Assembly: GCA_963743915.1 (NCBI GenBank)
Contig: CAVURN010000002.1
Coordinates: forward strand, 448,001 to 512,000
Length of the DNA: 64,000 bases
Direction: 5' to 3'
Source: an uncultured Actinomycetota bacterium
Lineage (GTDB): Bacteria > Actinomycetota > Actinomycetes > JAHEKZ01
Both the position numbers and the translations under genes were made by a program. Below, piece by piece: positions 19,981-32,413 of the stretch. Each line of letters starts with the position of its first letter. The first letter of the stretch is position 1. Below the pieces are notes generated by a model. It saw nothing but the letters and a program-made list of their open reading frames with translations. It did not search any database and was not told the origin of the DNA.

Positions 19981-21946
19981 GTGAACAGTGCCGACCCGCT
20001 GCTGGGACGCCTCGTCGACGGGCGGTACCGCGTCGACGAGCAGATCGCGCGCGGCGGCATGGCGACGGTCTACCGCGCCACCGACACCCGGCTCGACCGC
20101 ACGGTCGCGCTCAAGGTCATGCACCCGTCGTTCGCCGAGGACCCCGACTTCGTGGCCCGGTTCACCCGCGAGGCCCGAGCCGCCGCCCGGCTGTCCAACC
20201 CCCACATCGTCAAGGTGTTCGACCAGGGCCAGGACGGCAGCGTCATCTTCCTGGCGATGGACTACGTGCCGAGTCGCACGCTGCGGGACGTCCTGAGCGA
20301 GCGCGGGACGGCTGTCCGTCCCCGAGGCCCTCACCGTCATCGACCCGGTGCTGCAGGCACTGGCCGCGGCCCACGCCGACAGCGTCGTCCACCGCGACGT
20401 CAAGCCCGAGAACGTCCTGATCGGTGACGACGGGCACGTCTACGTCACCGACTTCGGGCTGGCGCGAGCCACGAACAGCGCCTCCACCCAGCACGCCACG
20501 GCGGGGATGCTGCTGGGGACCGTCGCCTACCTCTCCCCGGAGCAGGTCTCCCCCGGCGTGTCCGACGAGCGCTCCGACGTGTACTCCGCCGGCGTCGTGC
20601 TGTTCGAGATGCTCACCGGCTCCCCGCCGTTCACCGGCACGGAGGCCATCTCGGTGGCCTACCGGCATGTCAACGAGGACGTCCCCGCCCCCTCCAGCGT
20701 CGACGGAGTCAGCGACCTGCTCGACGACGTCGTGCTGCGACGCCACGCGTCGCGATCCGTCCAGCCGGCCGGCGGACGCGTCCGCGATGCTGCGGCAGGT
20801 GCGGGCGGTGCCCCAGCCGGAGATCTCGATCGACCTGCAGCAGACCATGGTCGTCCCGATCCCCGTCGGCGCCGCTGCCGTCCGGCACGACACCGCCGTC
20901 TCGGCGGCCGCGAGCCCCGTGGTCACGGGTTCGGGCCCACCCACGGTCGCCACCCCACCTGCAGACGTCGCGTCGCCTGCCGCTTCAGGCACCCCGCCCG
21001 CGACGCCGCCGCCCAGCGGCCAGGCCCTCGACCCGGCGGCCCACCGCAAGCGCAACCGGCGACGCGGAGTGGTCGCGCTCGTCGTCGTCCTGCTGCTCGC
21101 GATCGGAGCCGGCGCGTTCGCCTGGTGGCTCGGCGAGGGCCGCTACGCGACCGTCCCCCGCGTCACCGGTCTGACGGCCGAGCAGGCCACCAAGCAGCTG
21201 GAGGCCGAGGGGCTCGAGGTCCAGTTCGCACCGGAGGAGTTCAGCGAGATCGTCAAGGCGGGTGAGGTGATCTCCAGCGACCCCGACCAGGGCGCGCAGA
21301 TCTCGTCCGGCGGCACGGTGACGCTGACCGTGTCGAAGGGACCGGAGCGGTACGACGTCCCGAAGGTGGAGGGGCTCGAGCTGGCCGACGCCAAGGACCG
21401 AGATCGCCAAGAGCAACCTGTCGGTGGGCGACGTGACGCGCAAGTTCGACGAGACGGTCGAGGCGGGGCTCGTCGTCAGCAGCAAGCCTGACGGCCGGGC
21501 AGTCCGTGAGCCCCGACACCGGCATCGACCTCGTGGTCAGCAAGGGTCCCCCACCGGTCCCGGTGCCTGACCTGTCCGGGGACACGCTGGTCGACGCGCG
21601 CGCGGCGCTGCGCGACCTCGAGCTCAAGCTCACGCAGAGCGGCGAGGAGTACGACAAGAAGGTGCCGGCGGGTCAGATCATCAGCCAGGACCCGGCGCCC
21701 GGCGCCAACGTGCCCCGCGGTTCGACGATCTCGGTGGTCGTCTCCCTCGGACCGCCACTGGTCACGGTGCCGAACGTGGTCGACATGCCGGTCGACGAGG
21801 CGATCGCCGAGCTCGACAAGGCCGGGTTCGACACCGAGGTGTACGAGCCGTTCGGGATCAGCCCGCTCAACCGGGTCGCATCGCAGGACCCCGAGGGCGG
21901 CACCAAGGCCCCACTGGGGAGCACGGTCCGGCTCGGAATCATCTGA
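19981..21946 (+). CDS. PASTA-domain Ser/Thr kinase (PknL-like), with frameshifts
   Basis: IARGGMATVY, VALKVM, HRDVKPEN, TDFGLA, YLSPEQ, a TM helix and PASTA repeats, across ORFs starting at 19981, 20348, 20424 and 21506. Confidence 0.9.
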
Positions 21947-22791
21947 TGGCCCCGCTGCTGGGATGCCACGTCCCCGCCAGCGGCGGCCTCGCCAAGCGTG
22001 CCGTCGGCTACGCCGACGCGGTCGGTGCGGAGTGCGTGCAGGTCTTCGTCACCAACCCCCGCGGATGGGCACCGACCAAGGGTGACCCGGTGCAGGACGC
22101 GGCGTTCCGCGAGATCGCGCAGGCGCGGCTCCCGGCGTTCGTGCACGCGTCCTTCCTGATCAACCTCGGCTCGCCTGACGCGTCGATCGCCGAGAAGTCG
22201 GCGATCTCACTGGCGCACACGCTGGAACGAGCGCGGGCGATCGGCGCGCGCGGTGTCGTCGTGCACACGGGGTCGGCAGTGACGGCGGGGCGCTACGCGG
22301 AGGCGATGGAGCAGACGCGTCAGCTGCTCTTCCGCATCTTCGACGCGCTGCCCGAGGACGCGCCGCCGGTGCTGCTCGAGCCGACCGCGGGCCAGGGACA
22401 GTCGTTGTGCTCCACGCTCGACGAGCTCGACGAGTACCTGCACCGGCTCGAGCACCACCCCCGCCTCGGCCTTTGCCTCGACACCTGCCACTCCTTCGCC
22501 GCCGGCCACGACCTGGCGGCCGACGGCGGCATGAACGACTTCCTCGACCACCTCGAGAAGGTGCGTGACGGCGTCCCGGTGGGCCTGATCCACCTCAACG
22601 ACTCGAAGGACGTCGTCGGCGCCAGGAAGGACCGCCACGCCGCCGTCGGCGAGGGCCACATCGGCGTCGCACCGTTCCGCGACCTGCTCGCCCACCCGTC
22701 CATGCGCGAGGTGCCCATGGTGCTCGAGACCCCCGGCAAGGAACCCGAGCACACCGCGGAGCTGACCCTCCTGAAGTCCCTCCGCCCCTGA
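21946..22791 (+). CDS. nfo: Endonuclease IV
   Basis: GCHV, NPRGW, HASFLINL, VVHTGS, LEPTAG, CLDTCH, HLNDSK, DRH, LETP. Confidence 0.93.
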   Translation: MAPLLGCHVPASGGLAKRAVGYADAVGAECVQVFVTNPRGWAPTKGDPVQDAAFREIAQARLPAFVHASFLINLGSPDASIAEKSAISLAHTLERARAIGARGVVVHTGSAVTAGRYAEAMEQTRQLLFRIFDALPEDAPPVLLEPTAGQGQSLCSTLDELDEYLHRLEHHPRLGLCLDTCHSFAAGHDLAADGGMNDFLDHLEKVRDGVPVGLIHLNDSKDVVGARKDRHAAVGEGHIGVAPFRDLLAHPSMREVPMVLETPGKEPEHTAELTLLKSLRP

Positions 22792-22835
22792 CCCCCTTGT
22801 GGGTGCGGTGTGACACCGATCCCGTTGATCGAAGG

Positions 22836-23022
22836 GATCGCCGCACCCATGGCCGGACGCGGTGCGGCTCGTCTCCTGAGGCGCCCTTCTCACTCGCCCC
22901 TCCTGCACTCGCTCTCCGAGTGGCGCAGAACGGGGCACTCCGTGGTCCCCATCTGCCCGGTTCCGCGTCACTCGACAGCACCCTGCGGGTGATCGCTGCA
23001 CCCATGGCCGGACGCGGTGCGG
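22836..23022. repeat. 32-bp direct repeat (31/32 identical) at 22836-22867 and 22991-23022
   Basis: GATCGCYGCACCCATGGCCGGACGCGGTGCGG occurs twice, 155 bp apart. Confidence 0.9.
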
Positions 23023-23035
23023 TACCCTCCTCCGC

Positions 23036-23107
23036 ATGGCACGCAGCGCGTACTACTACTGGTTTACCGACGGGGCCTTCCCGCTCGGTAGCCGACGCAC
23101 CCGCTGA
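23036..23107 (+). CDS. Leader (attenuator) peptide MARSAYYYWFTDGAFPLGSRRTR
   Basis: ATG GCA CGC AGC GCG TAC TAC TAC TGG TTT ... TGA: five consecutive aromatic codons upstream of a DAHP synthase. A TACCCT -10 box lies 7 nt upstream. Confidence 0.85.
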   Translation: MARSAYYYWFTDGAFPLGSRRTR

Positions 23108-23127
23108 CGCCACCCCGCGCGAACCAC

Positions 23128-23153
23128 AAGGCCCCGTACCCCGGGGCCTTTTT
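23128..23153 (+). terminator. Attenuator terminator hairpin
   Basis: AAGGCCCCG-TACCC-CGGGGCCTT followed by TTT. The 5' arm can instead pair with ACGGGGCCTT (23070-23079) inside the leader ORF. Confidence 0.85.
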
Positions 23154-23194
23154 CGTGCCTTCCCCGCAGCAGAGCAGAGATTGAGGAGCAGACG

Positions 23195-24226
23195 ATGGTC
23201 GTGGTGATGGGAACCGAAGCCACCGACGAACAGGTCGAGGCCGTGGTCACGCGGGTCACGGACGCGGGCGGCGACGCCTTCGTCAGCCGCGGGGTCAGCC
23301 GCACGATCATCGGCCTCGTCGGAGACATCGACCAGTTCCAGTCGCTGGACCTGCGCGGCATGCCTGGCGTCTCGGACGTCATGCGCATCTCGTCGCCCTA
23401 CAAGCTGGTGAGCCGCCAGCACCACCCGGAGATGTCGACGGTGTTCGTCGGCGACGCCCGCGTCCCGATCGGCCCGGACACCTTCACCCTGGCGGCCGGC
23501 CCCTGTGCCGTCGAGACCCCGGAGCAGACGCTCGAGGCGGCCCGGATGGCTCAGGCCGCAGGCGCCACGCTGCTGCGCGGCGGCGCCTACAAACCGCGAA
23601 CGTCGCCGTACGCGTTCCAGGGACTCGGCGAGAAGGGACTGCGCATCCTTGCCGACGTCCGCTCCGAGACGGGGCTCCCCGTGGTGACCGAGGTGGTGGA
23701 CGCGCACGACGTCGAGCTGGTGGCGTCGTACGCGGACATGCTGCAGATCGGAACCCGCAACGCGCAGAACTTCGCACTGCTCCAGGCCGCCGGCGAGGTG
23801 GGCAAGCCCGTGCTGCTCAAGCGGGGAATGACGGCGACGATCGAGGAGTGGCTGATGGCGGCGGAGTACATCGCCCAGCGCGGGAACCTGGACATCGTCC
23901 TGTGCGAGCGAGGCATCCGGACGTTCGAGTCGGCGACGCGCAACACCTTGGACGTCAGCGCGGTGCCGGTCGCACATGGCCTCTCGCACCTGCCGGTGAT
24001 GGTCGACCCGTCGCACAGCGGTGGTCGCCGCGAGCTGGTGGTGCCGCTCTCACGCGCGGCGATCGCCGTCGGAGCCGACGGGCTGCTGGTCGACGTCCAC
24101 CCGCACCCGGAGACGGCGCTGGTGGACGGCCCGCAGGCGCTGGTGAACGGCGACCTGCGCGCGCTCGCGCAAGCCGTCCGGCAGCTGCCCCCGATCTTCG
24201 GACGGCGCCCCGCTGACGAAGCCTGA
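23195..24226 (+). CDS. aroF: Class I (I-beta) DAHP synthase with N-terminal regulatory domain
   Basis: AGPCAVE, RGGAYKPRTSPYAFQG, QIGTRNAQN, LCERGIRTFE, DPSH. Confidence 0.93.
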   Translation: MVVVMGTEATDEQVEAVVTRVTDAGGDAFVSRGVSRTIIGLVGDIDQFQSLDLRGMPGVSDVMRISSPYKLVSRQHHPEMSTVFVGDARVPIGPDTFTLAAGPCAVETPEQTLEAARMAQAAGATLLRGGAYKPRTSPYAFQGLGEKGLRILADVRSETGLPVVTEVVDAHDVELVASYADMLQIGTRNAQNFALLQAAGEVGKPVLLKRGMTATIEEWLMAAEYIAQRGNLDIVLCERGIRTFESATRNTLDVSAVPVAHGLSHLPVMVDPSHSGGRRELVVPLSRAAIAVGADGLLVDVHPHPETALVDGPQALVNGDLRALAQAVRQLPPIFGRRPADEA

Positions 24227-24241
24227 TCACGCCTGGGCGAG

Positions 24242-24738
24242 TCAGCCCAACGGTTCGGCCGACGCCCTCGTGCGCCAGCAGCCACCGCTTCACCGGCAGC
24301 CCGTAGGCGTAGCCACCGAGCGCCCCGTCCGACCGCACCACCCGGTGGCACGGCACGAAGGGTGCCAGCAGGTTTCGGGCGCAGGCCGTCCCGGCCGCGC
24401 GCGTCGCGGTCGGACGCCCCGCCTTGGTCGCCAGCTCGGCGTAGCTCCACGTCTGGCCCGGCGGTATCTGCCGCATCGCGAGCCAGACCTCGTGCTGGAA
24501 GGCGCCACCGGGTTGGCTCACCGCGACGGAGTCAAGCGCCTCCGCGTCGCCGGCGAGGTACGCGCGGACCGCGTCGGCCACCACGCCGGACGCCGCGGAC
24601 GCGCTCGACCTGCTCGCCGGGCAGCCGCGCCACGAGATCGTCCAGCCCGGTGAATCCCGACGCCACCACCGTGTCACCGTCGACGACGACGCTCCACGGC
24701 GCCACCGGCGTCTCGATCGTCCATCCCTGCAGGCTCAT
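24242..24738 (-). CDS. ogt: Methylated-DNA--protein-cysteine methyltransferase (frameshifted; 3' end approximate)
   Basis: FQHEVW, IPPGQTWSYAELA, PCHRVV active site, GGYAYG..VKRWLL.HE. Confidence 0.88.
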
Positions 24739-26187
24739 GCCTTCTCCTCAGCGTGTTGGGTCCACCAGTGCATCGCCGCGTACGCCCGCCACGGGCGCAG
24801 CGTCTCGACGTCGTGATCTCTCGCCACGCGCGCCAGCACCAGGTCGGTGCCGGGCCACGCGTCGGGGTCGGCGAGCGCTCGCATCGCCACGTACTCCGCC
24901 GTCCAGGGTCCGATTCCGGGCAGGCGCGTCAGTCTTCGTCGGGCCTCGAGCAGGTCGTCGCCGGGGGCGAGCAGCAGCTCGCCGGACGTCGTCGCCTCCG
25001 CCGCGGCTCGCAGGCACGCCGCGCGGCGTCCGGTCAGCCCGAGCCCGGCGAGGTCGGCGTCGACCAGCGCCTCCGCCGACGGGAACGCTCGCGTGACGGT
25101 GCCGCGCGCGACGTCGAGCGGCGCCCCCAACCGCTCGACCAGACGCCCCAGCAGGGTCCTCGCGCCCGCGACGGAGATCTGCTGACCGACGATCGCGCGG
25201 ACCAGCAACTCCCAGCCGCTGGCGGCACCGGCGACCCGCAAGCCCGGACGGCGCCGCACGAGCTCCGAGGTCACGCCGGACGCCCCGAGCACCGCCTCGA
25301 TCGCCTCGATGTCGGCAGCGAGGTCGCACAGTCGCCGCACGGTCACCATCGCCGGACCGACCGCCGCGAGGTCGGACGCCACCACCTGCACGTGCACGGC
25401 GTCCTCGCCTGCCTGCAGCGTGATCAGCGCGGGACCGTGCGACGTCGTCAGCGCGCGGGTGTACGTCTCGCCCTCGTACCACTCGAGTCCAGGGACGGCG
25501 CGCGCTCCCAGGAAGCCCGAGCAGACGCCGACCGTCCCATGGCTGGGTCACCGGCAGTCGTAGCGCCACGGAACCGGCCTCGGCGGGCCGGTCCGGGCGG
25601 GCGGGGTGACGCCGGAGCGCCGACGGGCTCGCCCCGTACTCGGCGCGCATGACGTCGTTGAACTGACGAAGGCTGCCGAACCCGGACGCGAACGCGACCT
25701 CGGTGACCGACAGCGGTGTCTGTTCCAGCAGGGTGCGCGCCGCCTGAGCGCGTCGCGCCTGAGCCAGGGCGAGGGCGCCGGCACCCACTGATGTGACGAG
25801 CAGGCGGTGCAGGTGACGCTCGCTGACCGCGAGACGCTCCGCCAGACCTGCGACACCGACCTCGTCCACCGTTCCCTGCGCGATCAGCGTGAGTGCGCGG
25901 TCGACGAGTCCGGTGTCATCGGCGATGTGTGGCCGGGTGGCCACCCGATCCGGGCGGCAGCGTCGGCAGGCACGGAACCCCGCGGCGACGGCGGCGGCGG
26001 GGACGACGAAGTAGCGGACGTTCTCCGGTCGGGGCGTCCGGGCCGGGCACGAGGGCCGGCAGTAGATCCCCGTCGACGTCACGCCGAGCACGAACCGACC
26101 GTCGAACCGGCGGTCGCGCGCGCTGACGGCGCGGTAGAGGGCGTCGGCGTCGAGGCCGGGGACCGCCGTCGTCGGTGCTGGACTCAT
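24735..26187 (-). CDS. alkA: Ada-AlkA fusion (Ada Zn finger/AraC plus 3-methyladenine glycosylase), frameshifted
   Basis: TGIYCRPSCPA, GFRACRRCRP, AraC HTH FASGFGSLRQF, IVGQQIS, LPGIGPWTAEY. Confidence 0.9.
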
Positions 26188-26296
26188 GCGCCCATCCAAC
26201 CCCGCCGCGTCGGCTGCGACTAGCGGAATTCGGACACCGCGGTCCACCGGATGAGGGTGGGGGTGGTTGCACCAGTGCGGTGCGTCGTTCCTGGGA

Positions 26297-28712
<2,416 letters not shown>

Positions 28713-28806
28713 CACAACTCCTCGTCCGTCGGCCGTCCGGTCTGTGCCCACGCGATCGTCGTGCGACACCGCGCCGGGCCACGCGTCCTACCCTATGGTT
28801 TCGCGC

Positions 28807-30285
28807 ATGGCCGTCCTGGTGATCGACGCAGGGACCACCGGCGTGACGGCCCTCGTCGTCGGGCCCGACACCGAAGTGCTGTCCCGCGGCTATCGCGAGT
28901 TCACCCAGCATTTCCCTCAGCCCGGGTGGGTGGAGCACCGACCGGACGAGATCTGGGCGGCGACGCGCGAGGCAGCGCGGGACGCGCTCGACGCCAGCCC
29001 GCTGCCACCGACCTGCGTCGGGATCACCAACCAGCGCGAGACCGTCGTGCTCTGGGACCGGGACACCCTCGGATCACCGCGGCCGGCCATCGTCTGGCAG
29101 GACCGGCGCACCGCGGGACTGTGCGAGCAGCTGCGGCAGGACGGCCACGAGCCGCGCGTCCGAGAGCTCACCGGCCTTCGGCTCGACCCCTACTTCTCGG
29201 CAACCAAGCTCGCCTGGATCCGCTCCAACGAGGAACACACCTGGGCCGGTGTGGCAGCCGGCCGCACTGCCATCGGAACCGTCGACGCCTACCTCGTCGC
29301 GCGCATGAGTCGGGGCACCCACCACGTGACGGACGCGTCCAACGCGTCCCGCACCCTGCTCTTCGACATCCACAGCGGCGAGTGGTCCCCCGAGCTCTGC
29401 GCGCTGTTCGGCGTCCCGAAGGATGCCCTGCCGGAGGTCGTCCCGTCGTACGGAGAGCTCGGACGCACCGACCCGACCTGCTTCCTCGGGCTCGACCTGC
29501 CCATCACCGGCATCGCCGGCGACCAGCAGGCAGCCTTGGTCGGCCAGTGCGCCTTCGAACGAGGTGACGCCAAGTGCACGTACGGCACCGGGTCGTTCGT
29601 GCTCGTCAACACCGGCTCGGACGCGGTCAGCTCGCACGCCGGCCTGCTGACGACCGTCGCCTTCGGCTCGCCGGACGGCCGGCTCACCTACGCCCTGGAG
29701 GGATCGGTCTTCGTGACGGGTGCCGCCATCCAGTGGTTGCGGGACGGTCTCGGGCTTATCGCCGACGCACGCGAGGTCAATGACCTCGCCTCCACCGTGC
29801 CGGACGCCGGAGGCGTCGTCTTCGTGCCCGCACTGGCCGGACTCGGCGCTCCTGACTGGGACCCGGCGGCCCGCGGAGCCATCGTCGGCATCACCCGCGG
29901 CACCACCGGCGGCCACCTCGCGCGTGCCACCTTGGACGCGATCGCCTTCCAGGTGCGCGACGTGGTCGACCTCATGTGCGCCGAGACCTCGCTGTCCCTG
30001 CCGAGCCTGGCGGTCGACGGTGGCGCCGCAGCCAGCGATCTGCTCTGCCAGCTGCAGGCCGATCAGCTCGGTGTCCCGGTGGAGCGCCCCGCGGTGATCG
30101 AGACAACTGCGCTCGGCGCCGCTTTCCTGGCCGGGCTGGGAGCCGGGCTCTGGGCGTCCCGCGACGACCTGCGCAACACCCGCGTGGTGGAACGGACGTT
30201 CACCCCTGGTCCGCGTGACGCGGGGGCCCACCGTCTCTGGCGGGCCGCGGTGGAGCGGTCGAAGGGTTGGGCCCTCGAGAGCTGA
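28807..30285 (+). CDS. glpK: Glycerol kinase
   Basis: IDAGTTG, GITNQRET, WQDRRT, DPYFSATK, GDQQAA, KCTYGTG, YALEGS, VDGG. Confidence 0.95.
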   Translation: MAVLVIDAGTTGVTALVVGPDTEVLSRGYREFTQHFPQPGWVEHRPDEIWAATREAARDALDASPLPPTCVGITNQRETVVLWDRDTLGSPRPAIVWQDRRTAGLCEQLRQDGHEPRVRELTGLRLDPYFSATKLAWIRSNEEHTWAGVAAGRTAIGTVDAYLVARMSRGTHHVTDASNASRTLLFDIHSGEWSPELCALFGVPKDALPEVVPSYGELGRTDPTCFLGLDLPITGIAGDQQAALVGQCAFERGDAKCTYGTGSFVLVNTGSDAVSSHAGLLTTVAFGSPDGRLTYALEGSVFVTGAAIQWLRDGLGLIADAREVNDLASTVPDAGGVVFVPALAGLGAPDWDPAARGAIVGITRGTTGGHLARATLDAIAFQVRDVVDLMCAETSLSLPSLAVDGGAAASDLLCQLQADQLGVPVERPAVIETTALGAAFLAGLGAGLWASRDDLRNTRVVERTFTPGPRDAGAHRLWRAAVERSKGWALES

Positions 30286-30390
30286 CCCGCCCCCTGCCAG
30301 GCGGTGATCGCAGTGGTTCAGTCACCAGGAGACTCAATTGGATACCTCAAAACGACTGAAACGCTCCGATCACCGGCACTCGCCGGGCCG

Positions 30391-30870
30391 TCAGTCGAGG
30401 GCGCCGAAGTAGCGGTAGGCGTCCTTCGTCTCACGCAGAACCGTGATGACGTCGAGCGCGTCCAGGCCCGGAATCTTGCGCAGCCCCTCGCTGACCAGCT
30501 CGAGCACGTGGTCGTCGTCGCGGCACGCGGCCATGAGCACCATGTCGTATCCGCCGGTGCTCACCGCCACGTAGTCGACCTCGGGGAACGCCCGGATCGC
30601 CTTCTCGACGACCGACACCGGACGCCCGCGCACCTGCACGCCGATCACCAGTCGCCGCATGCCGAGCCGCGACGGGTTGATCACCGCGACGATCTGCACG
30701 ACCCCGAGCCGCTGCAGCCGCGCGACACGCTGACGCACCGTCCCCTCGGCCAGCCCGAGCGAGCGAGCGATCTCGGTGTACGGACGGCGGCCGTCCTCCT
30801 GCAGTGCGGTGATGATCGCGACGTCGACGTCGTCGACCTGCGAGACGGACGCCTCGCCCTCTGCGGTCAC
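30391..30870 (-). CDS. Lrp/AsnC family transcriptional regulator
   Basis: DDVDVAIITALQEDGRRPYTEIA...VRQRVARL. GTGA overlap with the aminotransferase stop codon. Confidence 0.9.
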   Translation of the reverse strand: MTAEGEASVSQVDDVDVAIITALQEDGRRPYTEIARSLGLAEGTVRQRVARLQRLGVVQIVAVINPSRLGMRRLVIGVQVRGRPVSVVEKAIRAFPEVDYVAVSTGGYDMVLMAACRDDDHVLELVSEGLRKIPGLDALDVITVLRETKDAYRYFGALD

Positions 30871-32300
30871 CGCACCGACTCGGCCACCGTGTCGAGGACG
30901 TGTCCCTCTGCCGGTGGGTTCGCCGCGACCTCCTCGACCGCCTCGATGATGCGGTGGCAGCTGTCGCGGAAGAACTCCGGCGGCATGGTGAGCGCGGGCT
31001 GCAGCCGGTAGTGCCACTTGCCGCGCTGCGTGATGCCGAGGACGCCGCGCTTGAGCGCGGCCTCGTAGACCGCGTACTGGAACGCAGGAGCCGGCGCGAT
31101 GGTCTCCTTGTCGGTCACGAACTCAAGGGCGGCCAGGGCTCCGAAGGCACGGGCGTCGCCGACCTGCGGGATGCGCTCCTTCAGCGGCGTCATCTCCTCC
31201 AGGAAGATGCGCTCCAGCTCGCGCACGTTCTCGAGGACGCCCTCCTCCTGGATGATCTTGATCCCCTCGATGGCGGCTGCGGCTGCAGCGGGCACGAAGC
31301 CGTAGGTGCTGCCCAGGTGCAGCTCGGTGTTGGCCAGCACCTCGTCCGTGCCGAGGATCGCGGCGATCGGCTGGCCCCCAGCGGCGAACGCCTTGCCCAG
31401 CAGCAGCAGGTCGGCGTCGATGTTGTCCCACAGCTCGATGGCGAACATCTCCCCGCATCGGCCCATGCAGGTCTGCACCTCGTCGACGCAGAGCAGCCAG
31501 CCCCACTTCTTGCAGATCGCGCCGAGGCGGTCCCAGAACGCCTGGCTGGGACCGTGGATACCGCCCTCGCCCAGCACCGGCTCGATCATCACGCCCGCCA
31601 CCTGGCTCGGGTGGACCTGCTGCACCAGCAGGTAGTCCTCGAGGTAGTCGAGCACCATCGTGTCGTCGAAGGGGCCGGGGCCCTTGAGGAACGGCGACCG
31701 GAACCGGTTCGGGTAGGGGATCGTGACGACGCCGGCGACGTACTGCATGCTGCCGACGGTCACGTTCGACAGGTCGCTGCTCGTCACCGCCGTCAGGTAC
31801 GTCGACTCTCCGTGGTACTGCCCACCGAAGGTGAGGATCATCGGACGCCCCGTGGCCTCACGCATCAGCTTGACCGCACCCTCGACGGCGAGTGTGCCGG
31901 TGACCGAGTACTCGGTCCGCGTGATGCGGCCAGGCGCGATCTCACCGAGAACCTCGGTCAGCTCGAGCACCGGAGTGTTCTGGATCCACCCGCTGATCTG
32001 CATGCCGTGGCGGTCCCAGGCCTCGTCCATCGCCCGCTTGACCCGCGGCGGCGTTGGCCCGAACGGAGACGCACCCCAGGCCGACATGTGGTCGGCGAAA
32101 GTGTTGCCGTCGACGTCGACGATCAGCGACCCGCGCTTGGACGCCTCCACGAACGGCACGATCGTGTGGTCGGCCATGGTGCCGGTGATGTGCTTGTCGG
32201 ACCGCTCGAACCACTCGCGGCTCTTGGGGCCCGGCAGCTCGGTGACGATGTTCGGCAGCTCGTGGGCGACGCTCACGTCACTGGTGGTGGTGCTGGCCAT
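30867..32300 (-). CDS. Class III PLP aminotransferase (GabT/polyamine aminotransferase-like)
   Basis: ELPGPKS, DVDGN, YHG, IEPVLGEGG, DEVQTCMGR, GK, GSTYG. Confidence 0.88.
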   Translation of the reverse strand: MASTTTSDVSVAHELPNIVTELPGPKSREWFERSDKHITGTMADHTIVPFVEASKRGSLIVDVDGNTFADHMSAWGASPFGPTPPRVKRAMDEAWDRHGMQISGWIQNTPVLELTEVLGEIAPGRITRTEYSVTGTLAVEGAVKLMREATGRPMILTFGGQYHGESTYLTAVTSSDLSNVTVGSMQYVAGVVTIPYPNRFRSPFLKGPGPFDDTMVLDYLEDYLLVQQVHPSQVAGVMIEPVLGEGGIHGPSQAFWDRLGAICKKWGWLLCVDEVQTCMGRCGEMFAIELWDNIDADLLLLGKAFAAGGQPIAAILGTDEVLANTELHLGSTYGFVPAAAAAAIEGIKIIQEEGVLENVRELERIFLEEMTPLKERIPQVGDARAFGALAALEFVTDKETIAPAPAFQYAVYEAALKRGVLGITQRGKWHYRLQPALTMPPEFFRDSCHRIIEAVEEVAANPPAEGHVLDTVAESVR

Positions 32301-32367
32301 GCGGGCCTCCTGCGCTCGACGATGGTCGTCACCGTAGAACGGTCACGCGCTCCGCACAGCAGTTTCG

Positions 32368-32384
32368 ACTACGAAAATCGTAGT
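32368..32384. promoter_or_regulatory. Palindrome upstream of the aminotransferase-lrp operon (candidate Lrp site)
   Basis: ACTACGA-AAA-TCGTAGT in an AT-rich patch upstream of the -10 box TACGGT (32336-32331). Confidence 0.45.
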
Positions 32385-32413
32385 AGAGCCGCAGAATACT
32401 GTCGTGATTCGTA

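Noticed and set aside
22836-23022. Two 32-bp repeats as a mini-CRISPR
   Set aside because: Only two copies with a 123-bp spacer and no cas genes.
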